Of a stretch of DNA of 64,000 bases, positions 7,552 to 16,900 are shown one piece after another. The notes below the pieces were generated by a model that saw only the letters and a list, made by a program, of their open reading frames with translations, ran no database searches and was not told where the DNA came from. The stretch comes from an uncultured Candidatus Peribacteria bacterium (lineage in GTDB: Bacteria > Patescibacteriota > Gracilibacteria > UBA1369). The translations under genes and the position numbers were made by a program. The stretch spans positions 4,927-68,926 of the forward strand of contig CAZGKO010000002.1 in the NCBI GenBank assembly GCA_964526005.1, written 5' to 3'. The first letter of the stretch is position 1. Each line of letters starts with the position of its first letter.

Positions 7552-10500
7552 AATGGACTTGTCGCCACAATAGCAGGTTGTTGTGACGGTGGTGGATTTT
7601 TGTGATCAATATTAGTAGAAATATTGGCTTTAATTTCTTGCGTAATAGTTATTGTACCAATACTTTTGATGTCCTCGGTAGGTGAGTGAGAATGTTTATT
7701 AATCCACTTAATTTGGAGTGCTTCGGGAGTGTTTTTAGATGGATCTACACCAATACGGTCATAATAATCCAATTTAATTTGATTACTGTATTGTTCAGAA
7801 CAATATCTTAATTGAGCAGAAGACAAATTACCATTAATTAAAACAAGATGGAAACCCGTCCCCTCGGTTGGAGGTTTGCGAAAAAGTGCGATATCATGGG
7901 AATTAATTGTTCCCTGTTTAGGATGATTGAAATCAATAGGTAAATGTTTAATAATGTTCTTTATTATTTCTGCAGATTTCATTAAATAGGTGTCTCCTCC
8001 AATATGTCCAAAAACTTCATTGATTGATTTAAGTTTAATATCCAGATTATATGTGGAAAATGTTTTGTGTTTGATTGTATTTTCATTAAGAAATTCACCA
8101 AAGGAAACATTATTGGGTAAGCCTGTTAAAGAATCATATAATTTCAATTTAATTAAATAATTATGATGAAATTCCAGAAATTTATGTCGATACATATCTA
8201 AATTTTGTCCCAGGGATTCACGAAGAGAATTAAAAAGTTTATTATTGAAAGATGTTGAATTGATTATTTTTAATAATATTTCACGAACTTTTATAGGAAC
8301 TTTGTCCAATAATGGTTTGATTTCTTTCCAACCGCGCACTTTTTCCATAACATTAAATTCGGCATGGGTTTTATCGACAAGTTCATAATAAATTTGGTGG
8401 AGATGTGTCGCCTGAGATAATTGACCGGGTTGCGGTGAGTCTGATTTAACAGTAATTGGAAGTAGATTATAAATAACTCTATTTCGTCCACTTATTTTCC
8501 CTTGCTCAAGAATCCTATCTGCGGAACGATTAAGATTATCAAAAATGCGATGTGGTGGGAATTTGGGATGATCTCCAGCAAATTCAACGATGCCAATGGT
8601 AGAACCTCCAATTGGACCACGACCTTGAGAGGTCTCATTAATGATTTGTTTGGGAGTTAAATCATATCGAATTTTACCACTTGCCTGTAAATATTCTATT
8701 AAATTTTTAACTAGATGGGGATCAATCTCATTTAATTCATGAATAATATTCTGTTGTAAATTAATTCGGAATTGATCCATTGTTTTTGCAAGTGTAACAG
8801 AATCCATACCTTTAATATAAACTTTAATTTCTTCTCCACCTTCACGAATAGCGATGGCCTCATGACCATCAGCATGTAATTTATTGACTAAATTATGAAA
8901 ATTTTCACTAATAACTTTAATTAAGACATCACCAAAATGAGTTCCTTTTAATTTATTAAAACTTCCAAAATAATCTCCATCAAATGAAGCTACAGAAAAT
9001 TTTTCTTTAGCTTTTATCCAGTTTTCTACGAATTTACTTGCATGTCGATTATAAAGTCCAGTCATTTGATCAAGGAGGGCATCGCTCCATGCTTTAGCCA
9101 TATATTCTGATTGATCTGGATTTTGTCGAATAGATTCAGATAATTTTTGAGTATTGATTTTACCATTAAGATTATGATTAAGTTCTGTTATTTTATTGAA
9201 TTCGGTACTCCCTTCAAGATAAGGTTGTAAAGGATTATCATTAGTGACTTTAGAGATTTGTTCACTGAAATATGCTTTTTTACCTATAATACTAATTTCC
9301 CTCGGAGTATTGTCGCGGGGGGTTAAATCTATTCCTTTGCCAACTTCGGAAATAGTAATTGGTTCATAATTTTGTTCGGCTGATTCTTTTTTAGTGGTTA
9401 ATGTGGAGATGTTTGTGTCTGAATCAATCCTTTCCATAACATCATGTCCCCATCTTAAACCTAAAATAGTGGCTATATCTTTGATATTAACCTGTCCATG
9501 AATTGCTCCCATAGTTGCAATGTCCACTGAATAACTGGCATAGGAATTAATTTCCAAAGCTTTTGAAAATCTGCCAGTGACTCCGAGAGCACCAAGCATT
9601 AAAAGATTTTTAGCCCATTCATTTTGCATACTTTTTCGAATATTAAAATGTCCAGAACGAATTCCTTCAATAACTGCATTGGAAGAAGTAAAAACTGTGT
9701 TTTCCACTAAAAGTCCACCTGCATAAGAAGCTAATCGACGAGCTCCAGAAATTACACCAAAAGTGGCAGCTTCTGCGGTCGCCTCCGACATTCCTATACG
9801 AAGTAACGCTCCAGAAATAGCACCTCCAGCCAATCCACTTATTCCTCCGCTAACAGCTATTATGGCAATATTGATCGGTAATTCCTGTACTAATTGATGC
9901 AATTCTTTATCGGAAATGGCAAAAGTGTTGTGACCAAATATTTTACGTGGCGCAATCCCTTCCATTTCGGCATATTCATTCCAAATCGGTTGTAAATCTG
10001 GCGGCAAAAGAGAAGTGTCTTCTTGCTGTTGTAATTTCACTTCCTGCGGACGGATCTTTTGCAACATGGCATTTTGTAATGCATTATAAGCTTTTCTGTC
10101 ATCAAAAGGATGTGACTTTACATAATCCTTTCCAAACCTTTGAAGATATTCTTGTTTGGCTTGCTTGACGCGATTGTTAAGTTCATAATGAAATGTAGGA
10201 TTGGCATCATATTTAAGTTTAAGTTGATTAATTGTAACAGATGTTTGTGCAAGACGATTAAGTCTGTGACGAAAATATAATTCAAAATATTGCTCAGCTA
10301 ATTTGGTATTACCTTGCTGATGATATTTGCGTGCCAAAGCGAGAATTCCTTCTTTTCCTTTTTCATATTCAATTTGATCTCCAATAACATCAAATTTAGA
10401 ATCAGTGGAAAATTTGAGTTGAATTTTTTCTTTACGAACAGCGGTGGCAAAATCTAAATATTTACCAGTACTAATGGGATTTTTAAGTTTAGTAATTCCA

Positions 10501-11954
10501 TTAGCGATTTGTTTATAATGAGTATAAGCTAAAGTTGTCTGGGTAGAAGGCAAACCTCGATGTATGCCATGTGAATATATAATATATTTCTGAGGAGGAG
10601 TTATTTTTGCAAATTTTTCTTTTACCTGCTGATATTCAGTTTGACAGATTTTTATTAGTAGTTGACGTGCGGATTCACGATAATCAATTTTGCCTTTAAT
10701 TGGCGGTTGTTTATTGATTTTTTCATAATAGATCAATAATAATTTTTTAGCACTAATTAAATTTTGATTAGCTAAAAGTTTCCGGGCTTGAAAAAATTCT
10801 TTATTGTCACCAGTTGCCTGTTCAACTTTTTGTAAAATTAATTGGGCACGTTGTTTATAACTTTCTTTTCTAGCGACAAGTTCAGAATTAGAGGTGAAAG
10901 CCGTTGATTTGATGTCCTGATCTAAAAATTGATGAAGAGTTTTTTGTGCTGTATCTAAATCACCCTGCTCAGCTTCTTTAATACCTCTCCAAAAATTAAC
11001 TGTGGCCTGAGGTGCGGTAAGGGCTTTAATATCTTCCTGTAATTTAATTTTAACCACCGCCATTTCTATCATGATTTGTTTTTTCTTTTTGAGTGGTAAA
11101 TTTTTGAAAGTTTTGCTGGCTTCAAATTTGGGATTTAAAGGATTCTTTAAATTTGCCCTTATCACAAAATATTTGCTGTATCCAGAAGTATATATTTTTT
11201 GATACAGCTCAATAATTAGTTTTTTCTCACCAAGAAAATCAATCTGCTCCTTTAATGTTTTCTGTCTTAATTTTAGATATTCTGAAGGAAGAGTAGAGTG
11301 CGCTTCAAGCTGGCGACGTAATTTACCTGAATTAGAAAGTGCTTGACTTAAGAAATTAGTTATTTCAGAAGAAAATATATCTGATTGACCTACTCGTGCA
11401 TCAATTTGTTGTTTAATTATTTCACGAGAATTGTTAAGTTTATTAAATTGTTTTTCAAGGATAGAAATGGTTTTAATGTTTGTTGTATATTTTTCGAGTG
11501 AAGTCCTTAGTTTCAATCCTGTAATATTTAAACTTTCATAAGATTTCGGGGTTGCAGGAGTGGAAGTGATATGGGAAGGTTTAAATATTATATGAGAATT
11601 TGAAGATTTATCAGTTGTTGCCCCATTAGTTCTTTTCTCGGCTTTAGTTTTGTTGGCTTTGGCAGCAAGTGCTTCGTTATAAAGAGCCGCGCCGCGATTA
11701 GCGGCGCGGCGGAGTAAAGAATTAATATCATTTTCCCCCTGAATAAAATATTTTTTTGCTTCTTCTGGTCCTTGATCTAATTTTTCTCTTTTTTGAAGAG
11801 TCTGAAATTCATTAACCTGATTGATAAAAATATTTTGATAATTTCCAGATGCAAAAATTCGATTTCCTATTGCGAGATTTTGTTTTTCCTTCTCTACTTG
11901 AGTAGAGATTTTAGACTGCTGGGTATCTATTTGTCTCCCCATTCCTTTAGGCAT
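7548..11954 (-). CDS. giant 1468-aa protein: helical-repeat N-region, Gly-rich membrane core, tandem GGDEF-like domains
   Basis: GGDEF domain 1 (nt ~8469-9071): DQMTGLYNRH, FDGDYFGSFNKLKGTHFGD, REGGEEI, SADRILEQGKISGRNRV. Domain 2 (nt ~7827-8135): DSLTGLPNN, LDIKLKSINEVFGHIGGD, with the signature degenerated to TEGTGF. Hydrophobic Gly-rich core INIAIIAVSGGISGLAGGAISGALL... at nt ~9450-9875. Confidence 0.8.
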   Translation of the reverse strand: MPKGMGRQIDTQQSKISTQVEKEKQNLAIGNRIFASGNYQNIFINQVNEFQTLQKREKLDQGPEEAKKYFIQGENDINSLLRRAANRGAALYNEALAAKANKTKAEKRTNGATTDKSSNSHIIFKPSHITSTPATPKSYESLNITGLKLRTSLEKYTTNIKTISILEKQFNKLNNSREIIKQQIDARVGQSDIFSSEITNFLSQALSNSGKLRRQLEAHSTLPSEYLKLRQKTLKEQIDFLGEKKLIIELYQKIYTSGYSKYFVIRANLKNPLNPKFEASKTFKNLPLKKKKQIMIEMAVVKIKLQEDIKALTAPQATVNFWRGIKEAEQGDLDTAQKTLHQFLDQDIKSTAFTSNSELVARKESYKQRAQLILQKVEQATGDNKEFFQARKLLANQNLISAKKLLLIYYEKINKQPPIKGKIDYRESARQLLIKICQTEYQQVKEKFAKITPPQKYIIYSHGIHRGLPSTQTTLAYTHYKQIANGITKLKNPISTGKYLDFATAVRKEKIQLKFSTDSKFDVIGDQIEYEKGKEGILALARKYHQQGNTKLAEQYFELYFRHRLNRLAQTSVTINQLKLKYDANPTFHYELNNRVKQAKQEYLQRFGKDYVKSHPFDDRKAYNALQNAMLQKIRPQEVKLQQQEDTSLLPPDLQPIWNEYAEMEGIAPRKIFGHNTFAISDKELHQLVQELPINIAIIAVSGGISGLAGGAISGALLRIGMSEATAEAATFGVISGARRLASYAGGLLVENTVFTSSNAVIEGIRSGHFNIRKSMQNEWAKNLLMLGALGVTGRFSKALEINSYASYSVDIATMGAIHGQVNIKDIATILGLRWGHDVMERIDSDTNISTLTTKKESAEQNYEPITISEVGKGIDLTPRDNTPREISIIGKKAYFSEQISKVTNDNPLQPYLEGSTEFNKITELNHNLNGKINTQKLSESIRQNPDQSEYMAKAWSDALLDQMTGLYNRHASKFVENWIKAKEKFSVASFDGDYFGSFNKLKGTHFGDVLIKVISENFHNLVNKLHADGHEAIAIREGGEEIKVYIKGMDSVTLAKTMDQFRINLQQNIIHELNEIDPHLVKNLIEYLQASGKIRYDLTPKQIINETSQGRGPIGGSTIGIVEFAGDHPKFPPHRIFDNLNRSADRILEQGKISGRNRVIYNLLPITVKSDSPQPGQLSQATHLHQIYYELVDKTHAEFNVMEKVRGWKEIKPLLDKVPIKVREILLKIINSTSFNNKLFNSLRESLGQNLDMYRHKFLEFHHNYLIKLKLYDSLTGLPNNVSFGEFLNENTIKHKTFSTYNLDIKLKSINEVFGHIGGDTYLMKSAEIIKNIIKHLPIDFNHPKQGTINSHDIALFRKPPTEGTGFHLVLINGNLSSAQLRYCSEQYSNQIKLDYYDRIGVDPSKNTPEALQIKWINKHSHSPTEDIKSIGTITITQEIKANISTNIDHKNPPPSQQPAIVATSPF

Positions 11955-11958
11955 AAGT

Positions 11959-12297
11959 TTAGAGATTTTTTATTTGTTTTTCGATTTTTCGTTCTGCTTC
12001 TTTCTTTTCAAGATGTTCTTTAGTGGAATGAATATTGCGAGTAGTCTTTTGAATAATTGTTTTGAGTTCACTTAAGAGCTGATGATTATTATCTTCAGCT
12101 AAAGCCAATTCAATAAATTGATCGATTTTAATATTGGAATCCCTTAATTGCTCTCCAATAAGTTGGATAATAATTGGAGGGAGTTCAGGTGAAATTGTTT
12201 TCCAATATTCTTTGTCTGTAGTTGACAGTAATATAGATTTTTGAAGATTTTTAAGTAGAATTTCATTCCAATTTGAAAGATTTTGTTTTTGAGGCAT
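11959..12297 (-). CDS. small helical protein, family member 2 (112 aa)
   Basis: Stop lies 4 nt before the start of the 1468-aa ORF. N-terminus MPQKQNL...KEYWKT parallels MASKQIL...NDIWKS of 13513..13818. Confidence 0.65.
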   Translation of the reverse strand: MPQKQNLSNWNEILLKNLQKSILLSTTDKEYWKTISPELPPIIIQLIGEQLRDSNIKIDQFIELALAEDNNHQLLSELKTIIQKTTRNIHSTKEHLEKKEAERKIEKQIKNL

Positions 12298-12309
12298 AGG
12301 AATACATAT

Positions 12310-12329
12310 TAAATCTTAATATTATACCA
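12310..12329 (-). promoter_or_regulatory. extended -10 promoter plus conserved start-site element
   Basis: Minus strand: TGGTATAATATTAAGATTTAATATGTATTCCT-ATG(12297). Nearly identical to the region upstream of 13818. Confidence 0.55.
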
Positions 12330-12418
12330 TAAAAAGCAGCTCTTTATTGAACTATAAGCTATAAATGAAATAAATAGGAATTGACTAAATAAGTTAAAGG
12401 TGTTTTGATTTTTCGCTT

Positions 12419-12862
12419 TTAATCCTCGAAAAATTTTAAACTTTCTATTTTAATTCTCTGAATAAGATTGTTATCAAGCTTTTGAAAATCGCTGGAATTA
12501 GCTAGAATGTCAGGGAATTGTTCTTCCATTTTATAGAGAATTAAAGCGGCGGCACCTTTTAAAAAATGATCTAATTCAGTTTTAGGAAATTGTGGACCAC
12601 TAGAAATGGGAGGATAATTACGATAAAAAAAATAAATATAAACTATTTTAAGAATAAATCTTTCTGCAGCCTTTTGTTCATTATCTGGAAATATGTTAAA
12701 AGATTCTTTTAAAATTGGAATAATGTGAATATGAAAAGCTTCTATTGACTCCTTATAGACTTTTAATTCATTAAGTTGTTTGATAATTTGGAAGATTGAA
12801 TTGATTAATAAATTATAAATAACCGGGTTTTCACGATTGTTATCTAGTCTATTTATGGACAT
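12419..12862 (-). CDS. hypothetical protein (147 aa)
   Basis: ORF with its own TATAAT (12894-12899, minus) followed by CTGTTAAGATAAATAA. No family recognised. Confidence 0.6.
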   Translation of the reverse strand: MSINRLDNNRENPVIYNLLINSIFQIIKQLNELKVYKESIEAFHIHIIPILKESFNIFPDNEQKAAERFILKIVYIYFFYRNYPPISSGPQFPKTELDHFLKGAAALILYKMEEQFPDILANSSDFQKLDNNLIQRIKIESLKFFED

Positions 12863-12934
12863 AATTTGATTATTAGGTTATTTATCTTAACAGATTATAA
12901 TCTCTTTAGCAAGGACTATCCGATATATAGAAAT

Positions 12935-13501
12935 TTAACTTGTTTTTCTGTCTTGACCCGTCAATTTCTTATAGGTTTGATCGCTCACTGATCTTAAAAA
13001 TGTTCTGGAAGAAGGATCAAAATTAGTCTCTTTACGGTAGAAATAGTGTATTTTTTGAGCTGTGGTCTCATCATAAACAGCGGCAAAATAGAAAGTTTTT
13101 CCATTAATATCAACATTTACACCAGAATTAGTGGCAAAATGTTCTTTTGGGAGAGGATTTTTTAAAGCATTGATAATTTGTCTATAAGTATTTTTATCAA
13201 TACCATGTATTGGTCTATGAGGATTCATTTTTTTACCTTCTTTATAAAAGGCAATAATGTCTGCGCGTGCACTCGCATCGGTTCTCTTAGCCTCCTGTAA
13301 AATTGATGTTTGCTGATATTTAAGCTCTATATTTTTGTTTGGAGTAGATTGTTTTGAAGTGGCGCTTAATTCCGTGGCCTTGGGAGGCATCATTTGGTCC
13401 ATTTTCTTTTTAGCCTGCTCGGCGGTTGATTGTTTCTGAGCTTCATGGGGAGCTTCAGAGGGAATAGGTTGAAAAAAATAAATTAATCGATTTTCAAACA
13501 T
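12935..13501 (-). CDS. hypothetical protein (188 aa)
   Basis: Starts 11 nt after the stop of the small ORF 13513..13818. Disordered polar N-half, no signal peptide. Confidence 0.65.
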   Translation of the reverse strand: MFENRLIYFFQPIPSEAPHEAQKQSTAEQAKKKMDQMMPPKATELSATSKQSTPNKNIELKYQQTSILQEAKRTDASARADIIAFYKEGKKMNPHRPIHGIDKNTYRQIINALKNPLPKEHFATNSGVNVDINGKTFYFAAVYDETTAQKIHYFYRKETNFDPSSRTFLRSVSDQTYKKLTGQDRKTS

Positions 13502-13512
13502 AATGTTATGGG

Positions 13513-13818
13513 TTATTGATTGTTAAAAATGGTTTTTAAAAGTTTTTCAGCCCGAGTTAAATCCTGCTTTTGTTGTGATGCTTCAGCTATATGAAGATTT
13601 TTTTTCTGTAATCTTGTTTTAGCAGTTTTTTTAATCTGTCTAATCTCAATTTGTTGATCTTGTGTTTGAATATTAATGATGGCCTGATTTATTTCCCGAT
13701 CTGATCTATCTTGATATTCCAAACAAGATTTCCAAATGTCATTTTCTTTAAATTCTGCAAAATAGAGAGAATGTTTAGCTATATTAAATAATTTTTCGAG
13801 AATTTGTTTTGAGGCCAT
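13513..13818 (-). CDS. small helical protein, family member 1 (101 aa)
   Basis: Q/K/E-rich helical ORF. Its promoter, leader and first codons are paralogous to those of 11959..12297. Confidence 0.65.
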   Translation of the reverse strand: MASKQILEKLFNIAKHSLYFAEFKENDIWKSCLEYQDRSDREINQAIINIQTQDQQIEIRQIKKTAKTRLQKKNLHIAEASQQKQDLTRAEKLLKTIFNNQ

Positions 13819-13827
13819 GGGAAATAT

Positions 13828-13847
13828 TAAATCTTAGTATTATAACA
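13828..13847 (-). promoter_or_regulatory. extended -10 promoter plus conserved start-site element
   Basis: Minus strand: TGTTATAATACTAAGATTTAATATTTCCC-ATG(13818). Confidence 0.55.
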
Positions 13848-13943
13848 TATAATTTAATATATTTGCAAATGATTAGATATATTTGCAACACCCATTCAAG
13901 AATTAGAACTCCTGATCATTATAGCCCTATTTTGAATTCATGG

Positions 13944-16900
13944 TTATGATGAAGATGTTTCAACTGCTAATTTTAATTTGCTTAATTCAGTATCTTTGGC
14001 TGCTGATTTTTTGAATAGAATATAAAATGCAGTGGGTAATATAACTAAAGTAAGGATTGTGGATGTAGATAAACCAAAAATAAGAGCGGCTCCTAACCCT
14101 TGCCAAGTTTCATTAGTTAAAGTGAGGGGAATCATCCCAATAACTGTAGCAATAGATGTAAGGAAAATCGCTTCAAGACGTGATTTGGAAGCATCTATAA
14201 TCGCTTCTTGATAAGGAATTCCCACTTTAAGATTAAGGTTTACCTTATCAATTAAAATAATTGCATTCTTAACTACAATTCCAAAAAGTGCAAGAATCCC
14301 AATTAAAGCAGGGAATGTTAAAGTGAGTCCAATTAAAGTAAAACCGAAGAACACGCCGGTTATAGCGAGAGGAATAGTAATTAAAACCAAAGCGGCTTTA
14401 CGAAAAGAATTAAATTGAATAACTAGCGTTGACACAATCAATATAAAAGCCACGATCATAGCGCGTAAGATTGATAAAATAGAGTCCGTATTGGTTTGAT
14501 TAGCACCTCCGTAAGTTATTGTTATATTTTTGGGTAGGGGATTTGCCTTAATTTTATTTTTAAATTCTGTGAGAATATCGGTTGGCAAATAAGGTTTGGT
14601 AACTGCAGCAGTTAAAGTAATAACACGTTTTTGGTCTACACGATGAATAGAAGTGAGAGCAGCTCCAATTTTGATATTGGTAACCTCTCCAATTTTAACT
14701 GGTTGTCCGGTTTGTGATGTGATAGTAATATTTTTCAGTTTTGCGATTGTATTAACAGTGTCTTTCTGAAACTGAGCGCGGACATTTATCTCATCTTGAT
14801 TACGCAAAATAGTGGTTACATCAGTACCGGAAATAGCGGTACGAAGAGCCCTGGCAATTTGGGCAGTGGTTACACCTCGAGCACTAGCTTGTTCTGGTAA
14901 AACATGGAAAGTAAATTCTCCGGGAGAAAGATTTAAAGAAGTTTTTTCATTCACTGTCCCTGGAATAATATCTAAGATATTTTTATATTTATCAACTACC
15001 GTTTCCAGTTGATTTAAATTGTCTCCGGCAAATTGAGCTTGAAAATCGGCTCCTGCGGGTGGTCCTCCTTGAATTTCAATTAATTCGATTTTCGCTCCAT
15101 GAATTTTATTTAATTTTTGTCTTAAATTAGCAGCAATATTATAAGATTTTTTCTTGATTGGACGATTATTATAATCATAAAGATTAATAGCAAATTGTGC
15201 ACGATTTGTTTGTCCTCCTCCACCATTACTCATTCCTAATTCTCCTTTAGAAGTATTAACTCCAGCGGACCCAATTATTTCAGAAAAATTTTTAATATCT
15301 GGCTCAGTACGCAATACTTTTGTTACTTGATCAGCAATTTTTGAGATTTGATTGGTTAATAACCCTGGTGCGCCGGTAATATTTACATACATATATTGTT
15401 GATCGGATGCAGATAAAAATTCGGATTTTAAAATACCTGAAGCAGGAAGGGCAATAGCACCGATAAAAAGAACAACAGCTACAGTCAAAACTAAAATCCT
15501 TTTAAATCGAGAATTCAATATTGAATTTAAAAGTTTATCGTAAGCCGGTAAAATTTTATCAAAACTTACAATACCACCACTAATTTTCCCCCAGAGAGTT
15601 CTATTTGCTTTAGAATCAATATAATGATGGCGAATACGTGCTTTTATCTTTGCTGGATCCGCTAATTCTTCTAATTGTAATTGTTCGTTTTGAATAAGTT
15701 TTTCTTTGAGACCACTGTGATAACGGAAAAAAAGTATAAATAGAATTAAAATTAAAACTACACTCATAATTACATTACCAACTGTTACGGAAAATATTAG
15801 GCTAATCAAAGAAAGCAAAAGAATTATTCCCAATATTGCCATAAAAGATTTAAACCAAACCGTGGTAAGACGAAATCTCTCCAGAACAGCTCCCATAGTG
15901 TGATTGATAAAAATAGCAATTAACATGGAAGAAAAAATAGTCATGCTAACTGTAATTGGAATTGAACGGATAAATGAACCAATAATACCAGTAGCCAATA
16001 ATAACGGAATAAATGAAAACATGGTGGTTAATGCTGTGGTAATAAGTAAATTTTTAAAATCACGAAATACTAATAAAATGGCTTCTTCAGGTGTGAATTT
16101 ACCGGTAGAAAGATAACGTTTGGTAGCTTGTACTACAACAATGGCATCATCAACTAAAAATCCTAAAGACATAATTAACGAGAAAAGAGAAAGAAAATTT
16201 AAAGTTATGCCGAATAAAACCATAAACCCAAAAGTAGATGAAAATACTAATGGAATAACTAATCCGGCAACCAAAGCTTCTTTTAATCCGACAAATAAAA
16301 GTAAAACAAAAAATACCAATATAATCGTAATTATAGCATCACGAATTAAGTCCCCAAAGTCGGAACCGATTTGTTTGGAAATATCTAAAATAGTTGCTGC
16401 TTTAAGATTTTGTGGGAACTCTGTTTGCTGCAGTATCTTCAATTTATTTTTACCTTGATTAATCAAATCAATGATAGAATAACCTGTTTTTTTTATTACA
16501 TTAATAGTAACAGCATTTTGAAGCTCACCGCCTTTAGCAGAAAAACGATTGATTACTTTATTATCCTGAGCTTTTTCAATAACATTGGTAACATCGGTAA
16601 GTTTAATAATGGTGCCAGTGCTGGTTGTGATTGGTAATGCCCGAATATCATCAATTGTATTTGTCTTACCATTAATTTTTAAAGCATATTGATAATTTCC
16701 AATATTTATCATGCCAAGCGGCAAAGATAAATTAGCGGCTTTGATTTGACCAATAACCTGATTCATAGAGAGTCCGTAGGCTTGTAATTTTTTAGGATTA
16801 AAATCGAGAGCGATTTCAGTAATATCGCCGCCACTAACCATTACTTTGCTAGTTCCGGGCAGTTTATCAAGTTGATCTTTTAAATCATCAGCATATTTTC

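Noticed and set aside
6940-8491. Short ORFs 6940..7125(-), 7361..7573(+) and 8291..8491(-)
   Set aside because: They are nested in or out of frame with the strongly supported SLH and GGDEF-domain genes, and have no features of their own.
11959-12297. The small helical proteins as WXG100/Esx-type T7SS substrates
   Set aside because: None of the four has a central W-x-G motif, and no EssC-like ATPase is in the window. Only the general 'small helical partner' analogy is retained.
14812-16637. Plus-strand ORFs inside the RND permease gene
   Set aside because: They are antisense to a gene with clear RND homology, and their composition is low complexity.
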